Positions 1 to 10,423 are shown, numbered from the stretch's first letter. The stretch: 64,000 bases of DNA from Candidatus Latescibacterota bacterium (GCA_965219385.1 CBDCNM010000002.1:4226305-4290304); one strand, 5' to 3'. Notes: a model not told the origin generated them from the letters alone. A program made the numbers and translations.

Positions 1-1098
1 CTGTCGATCTATTGCTTGCTGTTGGTGCTCATCCTGTTGAGCGTCCACGCCCGTTCCCAGGAAGCGCGGCCCCGGGCTCGCGATGTCGGCATTATCATCG
101 GCGCTAGGCCGACCGGCGCGCTAAATGCGATCACGGATGTGGCCGGCGTGCGGGTGGGGCATTCCACTCTGGTCGAAGGCGACTCGGTGCGCACCGGGGT
201 CACCGTGGTGTTGCCGCACGAGGGCAATCTCTTGCGTGCAAAGGTTCCGGCCGCCGTTTGCGTGGGCAATGCCTACGGCAAGTTGATCGGCTCTACCCAG
301 GTCGAGGAACTGGGCAATATCGAAAGCCCCATCGCCCTGACCAATACCCTGAACGTGGGCAAGGTGGCCGATGCCTTGGTGGAGTACATGCTGGAGCAGC
401 CGGGCAACCAGCAGGTCCGCTCCATCAACGTGGTGGTCGGCGAGACCAACGACGGAAGCCTGAACGATATCCGCGGCCGGCACGTGGACAAAGAGCATGT
501 ATTCGCCGCGCTGGCACAGGCGGCGGGCGGGCCGGTGGAAGAAGGTTCGGTGGGCGCGGGTACGGGCACGGTGTGTTTGGGCTGGAAGGGCGGGATCGGT
601 ACCTCTTCGCGCCGGGTAGACGGGTACACCGTGGGGGTCTTGGTGCAGGCGAATTTCGGCGGTGCTCTCACGATCGCGGGGACGCCGGTCTACAGGGAGC
701 TGTCTCCTGAGCAGGAGGAAGATTCCGGTGACGGCTCCTGCATGATCGTGGTGGCCACGGATGCCCCCCTGGACAGCAGGAATCTCAAGCGCCTGGCATG
801 GCGGGCCCTGGCCGGCATGGCGCGCACCGGATCGCACTTTTCCGACGGTAGCGGCGACTATGTGATCGCCTTTTCCACGGCGCCGCAGTTGCGGATCCGC
901 GAGGATGGTTCGGCCCAGACCGGGGGACCGGTGCTGAAAAACGCCGCGGCCAGCCTGTTGTTCCAGGCGGTGATCGAAGCCACCGAGGAGGCGATTGTCA
1001 ATGCGCTTTTCAAGGCCGCGCCCGTCTCCAGCCGTTTCGGCGCGGTCAGGGGGCTACCGGTCGAAGAGGTTGTAAAAATTGTCGAGCGCTTTAATTAG
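1..1098 (+). CDS. dmpA: DmpA/P1-family (peptidase S58) L-aminopeptidase/D-esterase, probably exported; start may lie upstream of the window
   Basis: NAITDVAGVRVGH, VVGETNDGSLND, GAGTG and the Gly-Ser autocleavage motif DGSCMIVVATDAPL; frame is open back to position 1; hydrophobic N-terminus. Confidence 0.9.
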   Translation: MSIYCLLLVLILLSVHARSQEARPRARDVGIIIGARPTGALNAITDVAGVRVGHSTLVEGDSVRTGVTVVLPHEGNLLRAKVPAAVCVGNAYGKLIGSTQVEELGNIESPIALTNTLNVGKVADALVEYMLEQPGNQQVRSINVVVGETNDGSLNDIRGRHVDKEHVFAALAQAAGGPVEEGSVGAGTGTVCLGWKGGIGTSSRRVDGYTVGVLVQANFGGALTIAGTPVYRELSPEQEEDSGDGSCMIVVATDAPLDSRNLKRLAWRALAGMARTGSHFSDGSGDYVIAFSTAPQLRIREDGSAQTGGPVLKNAAASLLFQAVIEATEEAIVNALFKAAPVSSRFGAVRGLPVEEVVKIVERFN

Positions 1099-1887
1099 TG
1101 CCTGGCCGAAAAGCACTTCATCTACATAGCCCATGTGAAGCATGTCGATGATCCTGCAAAGGTATGACCTCCCCTGTTCCCACCATGTATCGTAGGCGTC
1201 CACAACCAAAAGATGCTGAACGTCAAATCCCAGACTCTCTCGGGCCTCCGCAATCTCGTATCCGCCAAGCAGGGTTTCATAGACTCCGTCTGCAACTCGG
1301 CTGCCGAACGTGGTTGTGTAGTAGTATTCCTTGATCTCCCACGCGGCGATCGGATTGACTGTCCCGGGGAAGCAGCCGTCGAGGCGGCGGGACAGAGTGC
1401 GGGCCGGTTTTTCCCCTTGTGTCAGTGTCGTGAATCGTCTAGGATCGTAGTTGCAAGGCAGGCCTTTGGTCCCAACCTCGACTAGCATGTTCACGATGCA
1501 CGTCAAGAAGTTGTGCGCCTTCATGGCACCCTTCTGCTTGTTCATTGGGAGCGGACAGCGCGGTGAGAGCTTCGATCGGAGGTGCTCGAACGTATCGCGA
1601 GCCCGGTTGGCATCCATCAGCCGAGGTTCGACGTATTCGTTCAGGACCTCAGCACGGTGCTTGAAATAGTCACGGAGGTCCTTCGCGAATGCGGTCCTAT
1701 TGCCGTTTTGGTCGACCAAATGTTCGTACTCCAATCCGAGAGTCAGCATTGCCTCGATCATGTTGCCCAGTGAATAGATCCGGATCATCTTGGTGCGCCT
1801 TACAGCATAGCCAAGTGTTTCACTGATGGACCGCACGTTCGCCCAGAAGGCGAGATCCAAGCCGCTGAATCGAGCGTCTGCCTTCAA
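1054..1887 (-). CDS. Putative type II restriction endonuclease (PD-(D/E)XK-like), native C-terminus probably lost
   Basis: RRLDG...WEIKEYYY nuclease-like motif; directly downstream of an XRE gene and next to an adenine MTase; last ~15 codons overlap the dmpA 3' end on the opposite strand. Confidence 0.65.
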   Translation of the reverse strand: MKADARFSGLDLAFWANVRSISETLGYAVRRTKMIRIYSLGNMIEAMLTLGLEYEHLVDQNGNRTAFAKDLRDYFKHRAEVLNEYVEPRLMDANRARDTFEHLRSKLSPRCPLPMNKQKGAMKAHNFLTCIVNMLVEVGTKGLPCNYDPRRFTTLTQGEKPARTLSRRLDGCFPGTVNPIAAWEIKEYYYTTTFGSRVADGVYETLLGGYEIAEARESLGFDVQHLLVVDAYDTWWEQGRSYLCRIIDMLHMGYVDEVLFGQALIKALDNFYNLFDR

Positions 1888-2147
1888 TTGGCCTCCTTCA
1901 CCCCAACGAGTTTCCGTTCAAACAACGCAATCACGTGCTCAAGCGTGCACTCTAGGGCAACACATATTCTGCGCAGTTCGACGATGTCAATACGACGCTC
2001 GCCGGATTCGACCTTGCTGACAAATGACTGAGGCACCCCCAAACGTGTCGCCAATTCAGCCTGACTTACCCCGGCCTCCTTGCGAATCGCTCGGAGTAAC
2101 AAGCGCAAGGCTGCATATTCGCGGTTTCGTTCTTCCTGATCTCCCAT
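1884..2147 (-). CDS. XRE-family HTH regulator, likely RM controller (C) protein
   Basis: GVSQAELATRLGVPQSFVSKVESGERRIDIVEL; 4-nt overlap with the REase start. Confidence 0.88.
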   Translation of the reverse strand: MGDQEERNREYAALRLLLRAIRKEAGVSQAELATRLGVPQSFVSKVESGERRIDIVELRRICVALECTLEHVIALFERKLVGVKEAN

Positions 2148-2200
2148 CGCGGGCTCATCGAGTCAGTGGTAGCAACTTTCTTGATAAGGTAGTATTCACC

Positions 2201-2228
2201 TTGACAATATCCCAAAATAGGATATATT
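2201..2228 (+). promoter_or_regulatory. Sigma70-like promoter for the MTase with an embedded palindrome (candidate C-box/operator)
   Basis: TTGACA (2201-2206) N16 TATATT (2223-2228); ATATCC-N7-GGATAT at 2207-2225. Confidence 0.6.
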
Positions 2229-2266
2229 TACCGTCAATCTCCTTACCTTTCGGAAGACGGCAGTAG

Positions 2267-3152
2267 ATGCAGTTGGGACTGTTCCACAAATCAGTCGGTC
2301 AAGTGAGCCACTCGCACCCGTTCAAGACGCAACTGCTGAAGTGGGTCGGAAATAAGCAGCGGTTTGCACATGAGATAATCGGGTATTTTCCGAATCAGTT
2401 CGGCACCTATTTCGAGCCGTTTCTCGGTACGGGTGGCGTCCTTGCAACGTTAGCCCCAGAGGATGCAGTAGCCTCAGCCTGCCCCTCTGATTGGGATCTT
2501 CGAGACGCTCAGGAGCAATCCTGACCGCCTGAAGCAGTGGTACAAAACGCGATGGGATCGCTGCGCCGGAGATAAAAAGGTTGAAGGCTACGAAGCCATC
2601 AAAGCGTCATACAACAGGAACCCGAATGCAGCGGATCTCGTTTTCCTCAGCCGCGCTTGCTACGGTGGTGTCGTACGCTTCACGACAGACAGCCACATGA
2701 GCACTCCCTGCGGTGTTCACGCCCCCATCAGTCCCGACTCCTTTTCGGCGAGGGTGGATCTCTGGAGACCTAGAGTCCGAAATACCCAGTTCCTTAATTC
2801 AGACTTTGAAGAAGTCATGGAGCAAGCTAAACCGGGTGGCCTAGTCTACTGCGATCCTCCGTACCGACATACTCAGGCCATCCTCTACGGTGCTCAGACA
2901 TTCACCCTTGAGCGTCTCCTGGGAGTCATCGAGAGATGCAAACACAGATCAGTCTATGTTGCTCTCTCCATTGATGGATCGAAGAAGACTGGAGCACAAG
3001 AGTGTGCACTACCAATACCTAAAGGTCTCTTCGAACAGGAGGCCTTCGTCAACTGCGGCCGCTCCATGCTCCGACGTTTTCAGATGTCTGGCCAGACGCT
3101 CGAGTCGGAGGTCGTAGAAGATCGACTTCTACTAACATATTCAGCAATTTGA
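2267..3152 (+). pseudogene. Dam/D12-class N6-adenine DNA methyltransferase, frameshifted near 2475-2485
   Basis: ORF1 has LKWVGNK and motif I YFEPFLGTGGV; after the shift the frame PLIGIFETL...FLSRACYGGVVRF runs uninterrupted into ORF 2697-3152 with motif IV LVYCDPPY. Confidence 0.85.
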
Positions 3153-3413
3153 AGGCAAGAGGCAGACGCCGAACAGGTGGACAGGCGCCTCTTTTAATAG
3201 CTGAGGCCACCGTGGTTCGCCAAGCTGAAATACCCTACGTGCCAATGTAGAGTGAGACACCTCCCCATCCGATCTTAGTGTAGTTTCGAGGGCGGAAAGG
3301 AGAGCGAGAGATGATGGCTACGAGTAATACGTTGCCGCCGAAGGAGCGGTGGCCCAGGTGTATCGTGCGTCGCATCTTGCTGCGTGTAGTAGAAACTCAT
3401 TATAGTACACAAA

Positions 3414-4145
3414 GGCGTTGGTGCATGAATCGGTGCTCCTTGTTCCGTACCGCCCTTGAATAAAGACAGACTCCTGAGTAGATTGGACATGACTTTTTTC
3501 CCAGAAAACCATTGCCCGCTCCTCCTAAGGAACCTTTCATGTCCAAGGTATCGTCTTCCCGCCCCTCCGTCAAGTCCCCTCGTCGTCGTCCCCGCCGCTC
3601 GAAGGTGGTGTACCGGGTACGCAATTGGTCAACCTACGAGGCCGGCCTCAAACAGCGGGGTAGTCTGACAGACTCGACCGGGTTGAAGGTCTACGGCGAA
3701 GGTGAGTGGAAGGTGCGTCAGCACGGCTGGACCCAGCGGCGCACCGGGCGAAAGCTGCACCTGACGGTCAACGCGGCCACCGGCAAGATCGTCGCCCAGA
3801 CCTTGACGCCCCCTGGCCAGGATGACGCCTCGCAGGTGGAGCCGTTGCTCAAGCAGGTCGAGGCGCCCATTGACGCGTTGGCCGAGCCCCAACAAGGGCC
3901 GCCTATTCGGCCGATCATTCCACCTCGCAAGGACGCCAAGATCGAGCAACATGGCAACACCCAAGCCGAGCCGTTGGCCCGCGATGAGACGCTTCGGGCG
4001 ATACGCAAAAGGGGCCGTCGAGGCTGGAAACAGACCCGTGGCTATCATCGCCGCTCGTTGGCCGAAACCCAGATGTTTCGCTACAAACGGATTATCGGCC
4101 CGGGTTTGCAGGCGCGGAATCTGGCCAACCAACAAACCGAAAGTC
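3414..4145 (+). mobile_element. IS5-family (IS903-like) insertion sequence remnant with internally deleted transposase (ATG 3539)
   Basis: Left-end-like GGCGTTGGTGCATGAAT at 3414; YRVRNWSTY..LKQRGSLT, DSTGLKVYGEGEW, RKLHL, GYHRRSLAETQMFRYK motifs; segment between RGSLT and DSTG and the DGAYD motif are missing; no right end seen. Confidence 0.85.
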
Positions 4146-4700
4146 TTTTTTGACGAGCTTGGTCCTCCTTGGCCCATCCACGACTGTGATACGTCTTGGG
4201 CACACAATCGTCCTCGTACGCGGGACAGCTCTGGTGCATTTATTGTTGAAATCAGCCCAGGTATTACAGTACGTCGCGTACCGGACAACTTCTCTATAGC
4301 CTCGGATACCGTATCGCGAGCTAGAAGGCGAACACAACAACAAGACCCCATTGTGACGATTAACCCGGATCCTGACTCCGGGCCAGTCACCGTAGTCGGC
4401 ATTCTTCGAGAAAAGAAAATAGAGGTCGATATCGTGACTTCGTTGAGGCTACCCCCAAATTCATCAATGGTGTCGGCCTTTTTGGGACCTCTCGCGAAAG
4501 GAAGGTGGGGTAAAATCACGATACACCGACAGTTCTCGAACGAGGATGTAATACAAAGCTATACAGCTTGGGTATCGAGCGAGATGTTGGCCGACAGCAG
4601 GCACTTAAGGGGCGTAACGATAATGGCGACGCTCTCCGCGTTCTTAGTGCCTCAAGTCGAGATTTTCTGGATCTGTGATGACTATGAGGTCCTTGGATAG
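4140..4700 (+). pseudogene. 5'-truncated hypothetical gene fragment (VFFDELGPPWPIHDC...)
   Basis: Lower-GC open frame starting abruptly at the transposase junction, no own start codon, stop at 4700. Confidence 0.4.
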
Positions 4701-4757
4701 GTCCGTACCCTATGTAGAGCAGAGCTATCCCGATCCTATTGCGCCACTGAGGTAGAT

Positions 4758-4860
4758 ATGGCCCATCCGATATACAAAACATGGGTCTGGCCCAATGGTG
4801 CCGACTTGGACCCGGCCACCCTCCACGATTGGCCCGAATTGCTTCCCAAGCTGCGGGAGA
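4758..4860 (+). pseudogene. DUF2442-type (antitoxin-like) C-terminal remnant in frame with the TonB receptor
   Basis: WVWPNGADLDPATLHDW motif precedes the receptor signal peptide. Confidence 0.55.
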
Positions 4861-7160
4861 TGGCGACTCTCCCACCGATTCGCCATCGCGGCATTATTGC
4901 GGCTCTGTTTGCCGCCGTCGTGCTCGCGATGCCGGCCTATGGCCAGCGACTCGGCGAAATCCGCGGCGCGATTCTCGACCGGGCCACCCAGCATCCTCTG
5001 CCCGGAGCCAATGTGGTGGTTCTGGGTACCGAGCGGGGGACGGTGCCCGACGCGGAGGGCCGTTTCGCGCTGCCCGACATGGCCGTGGGCGTGCATCGCC
5101 TACGCATATCCATGATTGGATACGCCACCATCGTGCGTACCGATGTAGTCGTACGCTCGCGCCGCGTCACCGAGCTCGATATCGAGCTCGACGCCGAAGT
5201 GGTGAATGTGGGCGAGGAGACCGTGGTCATCGCCGACTACTTCTCCGATGCCGCCGAGGAGGTGGTTAGCTCGGTGAGTTTCAGCTACGAGGAGGTGCGG
5301 CGCTCGCCGGGAGCCGCCGGTGACATCAGCCGCCTCGTGCAGGCCATGCCCTCGGTGAACATGAACACCGATCAGCGCAACGATCTCATCGTCCGCGGCG
5401 GCAGCCCCACGGAGAATCTGATCCTCGTCGACAACATCGAGATCCCCAACATCAACCACTTCCCGACCCAGGGGGCATCGGGCGGCCCCATCGGCCTGCT
5501 GAACACCGACCTCATCGAAGATGTCGCGTTCTACGCCGGAGGCTTCTCTGCCGGATACGGGGATCGCCTGTCGTCGGTGATGGTCGTCGATCTGCGCGAG
5601 GGCAACAGGGAGGAGCTTGAGGGCGAGGTGCAGCTCGGCATGGCGGGAGCCGGCCTGCTTCTCGAAGGCCCCCTCTCGGGCGGGCGCGGATCCTGGATCG
5701 CCTCGGGGCGACGCAGCTATCTCGATCTCATCGTCGGTGCCATCGGCACGGGAGCAGTGCCGCGCTACAGCGACCTGCAGGGCAAGCTGAGCTGCGATTT
5801 GTCTTCCCAACACCGCATCTCTCTGCTCGGTATCGCCGCTTTTGACGCCATTGACCTCGTGCCCGGCGACACCGATGCCGACGAGGATTTCGTCGTCAAT
5901 GAGGTCGATCAATACGTCGCTGGCGCCGGCTGGAGGTGGCTGTGGAGCCGGCGCGGGTTTGCCCACACTGCGCTGGCCATCTCCTACGCCGACTTTGGAA
6001 TCGACGTCCTCGACGGCCGTACGCGCGGCGAGCTTTTCACCAATTCCTCGCAGGAGCGAGAGCTCGTGCTGCGCAGCGACGTCACCTACTCGCTGGCTGC
6101 GGGCGACCAGGTGCGCGGTGGGATCACCGGCCGCCGGGAGTTCAGCGATTTTTCCCTCTTCTCGGCGCCGGGTACGAATCGCGTGAACGAGGTGACTCCG
6201 GAGCTGCGCGTCGGCGACGGGATGAACTCGAACAAGCTGGCGGCATATCTCAGCTACGAGCGGTCGGTGCTGGCCGGCGTGACGGCCCAGGCCGGAGTGC
6301 GCTGGAAGTACTTCGATTACAATGAGGAGATTGACCTGTCACCGCGGCTGTCGCTGCGCTGGCAGATCGATCCGCTCACTTCGATCAGCGCCGCCTGGGG
6401 GCTGTACTACCAGAACCTGCCTTCGTCCCTGCTGGTTCAGCACCCGGACAACCGGCAGCTGGAGAATCCTCGCGCCGATCACTATGTCCTCGGGCTGCAG
6501 CGACGGCTGACGGAGAACACGCTGTTCACCCTGGAGGGCTACCTCAAGCAGTACAGCGACTTGCCTTTTGACCCTGGCGATCCCACGGTGTCGGTGGTTG
6601 ATGCCTATGCCGATTTTGGCTCACCGGCTCCCGGGCAGCTAGTGGGTGGCGGCGAGGCCGAGTCCTACGGCGTGGAGTCCATGATCCAGAAAAAGCTCGC
6701 CCATCGCCTGTACGGTACCGCGAGCTACGCCTATTCTCGTTCCCGCTACACGGACTTCACGGGACGGGAGCGCAATCGCTCCTTTGACAACCGACACCTT
6801 GTATCTCTCATCGTCGGCTATCGGCCCGGCGAAACGCTGGAGTACAGCCTGCGCTGGCGTTTTGCCGGAGGACGGCCCTACACCCCTTTTGCCGAGGTCG
6901 AGTCCGCACGCCTGGGAACCGGAATCGTGCAGCGCGATCAGATCAACGCGCGTCGCCTGCCGGCCTATCACCGTCTCGATCTGCGCATCGACCATCGCCA
7001 GCACTTCGAGCGCTTCAACCTGGTGTCATTTTTCACCCTTCTCAATGCTTACAACCGCGACAACCTCTTTACCTATTACTGGGACAAAAGCGACAACCGA
7101 CAGGGTCGCATCAATCAGTGGAGTCTGCTCCCGGTCGGTGGCTTCGAGCTCGAGTTCTGA
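4860..7160 (+). CDS. TonB-dependent receptor with N-terminal carboxypeptidase-regulatory-like domain
   Basis: Signal peptide, GAILDRAT..PLPGANV, plug VRGGSPTENLILVDNIEIPN..H, C-terminal GFELEF; start uncertain (4758 or 4860). Confidence 0.9.
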   Translation: MATLPPIRHRGIIAALFAAVVLAMPAYGQRLGEIRGAILDRATQHPLPGANVVVLGTERGTVPDAEGRFALPDMAVGVHRLRISMIGYATIVRTDVVVRSRRVTELDIELDAEVVNVGEETVVIADYFSDAAEEVVSSVSFSYEEVRRSPGAAGDISRLVQAMPSVNMNTDQRNDLIVRGGSPTENLILVDNIEIPNINHFPTQGASGGPIGLLNTDLIEDVAFYAGGFSAGYGDRLSSVMVVDLREGNREELEGEVQLGMAGAGLLLEGPLSGGRGSWIASGRRSYLDLIVGAIGTGAVPRYSDLQGKLSCDLSSQHRISLLGIAAFDAIDLVPGDTDADEDFVVNEVDQYVAGAGWRWLWSRRGFAHTALAISYADFGIDVLDGRTRGELFTNSSQERELVLRSDVTYSLAAGDQVRGGITGRREFSDFSLFSAPGTNRVNEVTPELRVGDGMNSNKLAAYLSYERSVLAGVTAQAGVRWKYFDYNEEIDLSPRLSLRWQIDPLTSISAAWGLYYQNLPSSLLVQHPDNRQLENPRADHYVLGLQRRLTENTLFTLEGYLKQYSDLPFDPGDPTVSVVDAYADFGSPAPGQLVGGGEAESYGVESMIQKKLAHRLYGTASYAYSRSRYTDFTGRERNRSFDNRHLVSLIVGYRPGETLEYSLRWRFAGGRPYTPFAEVESARLGTGIVQRDQINARRLPAYHRLDLRIDHRQHFERFNLVSFFTLLNAYNRDNLFTYYWDKSDNRQGRINQWSLLPVGGFELEF

Positions 7161-7377
7161 GCGCGGCCACTTGACAATCTAGTCTCTTGGGAGAGCCTCC
7201 CCTGAACCGGAGCCGGTGCGGGCTGCCCAGCGAGAGTGCCTCCGCGTCATTATCGCTTCGGTAAAAAGTGTTGAGCAGGTTTACTAGGGCCGTGCCGCCT
7301 TCCTGGACGATCAGGGGGGCTTGCCGACCGCGGCCCAACAGGCGCTGAATTCTCGACAAGGACGGAGACTACCTCGA

Positions 7378-7520
7378 GTCCTTCACCATCATCACGGCGG
7401 CTCCCCGGGGCTTTCCGACATCCACTACCGACAGCCGGCGGTTGTCGATCCCGACCATTTTGCCGATTGGCTCGATCCGGCATCGCCGGCGACGATGCTC
7501 CTCAATCTGGTGCGGGACGG
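7378..7520 (+). pseudogene. SOS response-associated peptidase (SRAP/YedK) C-terminal remnant
   Basis: FTIIT then frameshifted LSDIHYRQPAVVDPDHFADWLDP, matching the IHxRxP...WL motif. Confidence 0.55.
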
Positions 7521-7634
7521 ACCCGGATTGGAGCTCGGGTTGGGAGCGGCCCTGCGCGTTCCATCGGTGGAGCACGCAAATCCGCGTGTGGTCGGGTGAA
7601 ACATCTCGGTGGATCTCGATTGGCCACTTTTAAG

Positions 7635-7664
7635 TTGACAATCTGCATTTGAAATGCATATTAT
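7635..7664 (+). promoter_or_regulatory. Sigma70-like promoter with palindromic operator in the spacer
   Basis: TTGACA 7635-7640, TGCATTT-G-AAATGCA 7644-7658, TATTAT 7659-7664. Confidence 0.6.
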
Positions 7665-7702
7665 TCACTCATAAACGGTCGAGACCCGCATTCTTGAAGC
7701 CG

Positions 7703-8932
7703 ATGGGCGAAATGCAAGATTACATCAAACGTTCGCTGGAACCAGTCCTCAAAAGGGCCGCCTCTGAGTTTCCCGCGGTGGTCCTGACCGGGCCGCGCCA
7801 GTCCGGCAAGACAACGCTCCTCCAACGCCTCTTCGGTCGGCGTTGCCGGTACGTTTCTCTGGAGCCACCGGATGTGCGCGCGGCCGCCGTGCAAGATCCG
7901 CGCAGTTTCCTGGAAATCTACCCGGCTCCGGCGATCTTCGATGAAGTGCAGTACGCCCCCGACCTGCTTCCCTACATCAAAGAGAAGATCGACGCGAACC
8001 GCCGCCAGAACGGTCAATACCTGTTGACCGGCTCACAGAACCTGCTGCTCACGGAGAAGGTGAGCGAGTCGTTGGCGGGTCGCGCGGCAATGCTTCGCCT
8101 GTTGCCGCTTTCCAGACGGGAAGCGGAGGGACGGCCGCAAATTGCCCTGCCGTGGGAGCGCAAACGCTGGTCGTCTTCGAAAACGTCGCATGTCTTTGGC
8201 GAGCTTTGGAAGGGCTTCCTTCGCGGTGGTTACCCGGAACTTGCGGCACAGCCCCATCGGGATGCATCCCTTTGGCATGCCAGCTATATCCAGACCTACC
8301 TCGAACGGGACGTGCGTACGCTCCGGCAGGTTGGGGACCTGACCCAGTATCAGAATTTCCTCCGAGTCCTGGCGGCCAGAAGTGCCCAGCTCCTGAATCT
8401 GACCGAGGTCGCCCGGGACCTCGGCGTTGCGGTCAACACCATCAAAGCCTGGCTCTCCGTGCTCGAAGCCACCTATCAGGTGATCTTGTTGCGCCCGTAC
8501 TTCGCCAACGTCGGGAAGCGGCTCGTCAAGACCCCGAAAGTGTATTTCACGGATGTCGGCACGCTCTGCTACCTCGCAGGTCTCAAGGACCCCTCCCATG
8601 CCGCCTCAGGCCCCATGGGGGGGGCCATCATGGAAACGGCGGTGCTTTCCGAAATCGTCAGGACCCTGACGCATCGAGGAATTGACCCGCAGGTCTACTT
8701 TTGGAGGACCATGGCGGGAACGGAAGTGGACTTCGTGGTCGAGATCGGCGGAAAGCTCGTGCCGATCGAGGTGAAGCTGTCCGCTACGCCACGCCCGGCC
8801 ATGGCCGCCGCCATCACGACATTCCAAAGGGACATGGAAAGCGCGGCGATGCCGGGATACGTGGTGCATCCAGGTGACATACACCTTCCTCTCGGCCCCG
8901 GCGTGAGGGCCCTGCCCTTCGCCGATCTGTAG
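7703..8932 (+). CDS. AAA_14 ATPase with wHTH and DUF4143 PD-(D/E)XK-like C-terminus
   Basis: Walker A GPRQSGKT, Walker B IFDEVQ, LTGSQ, GGYPE, KTPKVYFTDVG, EVDFV...IEVK; start 7703 or 7712. Confidence 0.9.
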   Translation: MGEMQDYIKRSLEPVLKRAASEFPAVVLTGPRQSGKTTLLQRLFGRRCRYVSLEPPDVRAAAVQDPRSFLEIYPAPAIFDEVQYAPDLLPYIKEKIDANRRQNGQYLLTGSQNLLLTEKVSESLAGRAAMLRLLPLSRREAEGRPQIALPWERKRWSSSKTSHVFGELWKGFLRGGYPELAAQPHRDASLWHASYIQTYLERDVRTLRQVGDLTQYQNFLRVLAARSAQLLNLTEVARDLGVAVNTIKAWLSVLEATYQVILLRPYFANVGKRLVKTPKVYFTDVGTLCYLAGLKDPSHAASGPMGGAIMETAVLSEIVRTLTHRGIDPQVYFWRTMAGTEVDFVVEIGGKLVPIEVKLSATPRPAMAAAITTFQRDMESAAMPGYVVHPGDIHLPLGPGVRALPFADL

Positions 8933-9229
8933 CGTTCCGCTTCCGAGGGTCCCGTCCTTTCAGGCGCATCGTTGACGTTCGCTGTGCGTGGTTCCTGTCT
9001 CGCTTGGCTCCTCTGGCTTTGTGAGTACAACAACTACAATGCCGGTGTCGAGGCGAGCCCCCCACGAATCCTTGGCTTATCTGCTGGAAAAGGGCTTTAT
9101 TATCCCATCATTTGCAACCGAAGGCATGGCCTGCAATGACTCCTCGCAACATCCTCTTCAATGGGAAAAGGGCTAAGTTGCCCCGGAAACAAAGCCAACA
9201 TCTTCTTATGTGGAAAGGAGAGACTCACA

Positions 9230-10402
9230 ATGCCCCCAACCAACCATTTGCCCGCAGGACCAATCAGGATCGCCGTCGACGATGAAATTGAGATCGTCCC
9301 TTCCGGAATCCTGAATCGTTCCATGATGAGCATGGCCCGGCACCCCGATGGCTCGATCTACCTGAATACCCAGAGCGGCCCACTCTACAAAAGCCACGAC
9401 AACGGACGGACCTGGACCGCCGTACCGGTCGAGATGCCCGAGCAACCCCACAAACAAGTACTGCACGGCATGGGGATCAGCCGCGACGGCCGCTTGTGGC
9501 TGAGCCACAGCTCGGTTGCCGACTACCCGGACGGCCTCTACGGCCAGGATCTATTCGTTTCTTATTCGGCCGATGGAGGCCGCACCTGGACCCTCTCGTC
9601 GACCGACTTCAGCACAATCTCGCCCGGCATACCCAATATGTGTTTCCACGAGGACGGCAACCGCACCTTCATCGAGCAGCCCGACGGCACTCTGATGTTC
9701 ACCACGACCATTGTACCGGCGCCGGCCTACAGGGAAAAATATCCGCCATCGGCTCCGACCGACTACGGCGGCCAGCCCGGCGATCTGTTCAGCGACATCC
9801 TCTTCCGCAGCACCGACGGCGGCCAGACCTGGAGCGATCCGACCCAGGTCTGTCTGTCCCTGAATCCCCACGAGTCCAACCTGGCGCTCGACCCCAACGA
9901 TCCGGATCGCATCCTGGTGATGACGCGCTGCCAGCGCGAGTTGACGCCCGATGAGGACCCGGATGGATTCATGGAGCGAACCGGCAATCCCGTCGCCATG
10001 ATCAAGCAGGGTGTTTTGTTCGAGTCGAGGGACGGAGGGCGGACCTTTAAGGAGGCCGGCTGGACCAATTACTACGGGCACCGCGGCAATGTCTACTTTG
10101 CGCCCAGCAACGCCGTGGTCGTCACGCACAACGGCGGCCATCTCGACGGCAGTGTGGTCGCCCGGATCAGCCTGGACGGGGCCAGCAGCACCTGGCAGGA
10201 CGGCAGCAGGGACGGGACGCGCGACCTGAACGCCTCCGAGAAGTTCGTGCTGGTGCCCGTTCCGCCGGGGCACTCCTTCACTACCCCGACCATCGAGCTT
10301 GCTCCCGGTCACTTTCTAACTGTATACGGGTGGTACTGGGGACACGCCCAGAAACTCACAGTTAACGGCGTCTTCTGGCACATTGAGGCGGCGGATGCGT
10401 AG
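9230..10402 (+). CDS. BNR/Asp-box sialidase-family beta-propeller protein
   Basis: Asp boxes SHDNGRTW, SADGGRTW, STDGGQTW, SRDGGRTF; AAGGAG RBS. Confidence 0.8.
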   Translation: MPPTNHLPAGPIRIAVDDEIEIVPSGILNRSMMSMARHPDGSIYLNTQSGPLYKSHDNGRTWTAVPVEMPEQPHKQVLHGMGISRDGRLWLSHSSVADYPDGLYGQDLFVSYSADGGRTWTLSSTDFSTISPGIPNMCFHEDGNRTFIEQPDGTLMFTTTIVPAPAYREKYPPSAPTDYGGQPGDLFSDILFRSTDGGQTWSDPTQVCLSLNPHESNLALDPNDPDRILVMTRCQRELTPDEDPDGFMERTGNPVAMIKQGVLFESRDGGRTFKEAGWTNYYGHRGNVYFAPSNAVVVTHNGGHLDGSVVARISLDGASSTWQDGSRDGTRDLNASEKFVLVPVPPGHSFTTPTIELAPGHFLTVYGWYWGHAQKLTVNGVFWHIEAADA

Positions 10403-10423
10403 CGGGAAAAATGGAATACAGAC

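Noticed and set aside
3168..3220. attC-like ends (GCCGAAC...GTTCGCC; also GCCCAAC near 7334 and GTTATGC near 57589)
   Set aside because: No convincing internal L-box pairing and no integrase in the window
7163..7181. GGCCACTTGACAATCT resembling 7622-7644 as a target-site duplication
   Set aside because: Match needs a 7-nt gap and no element ends are visible between the two sites
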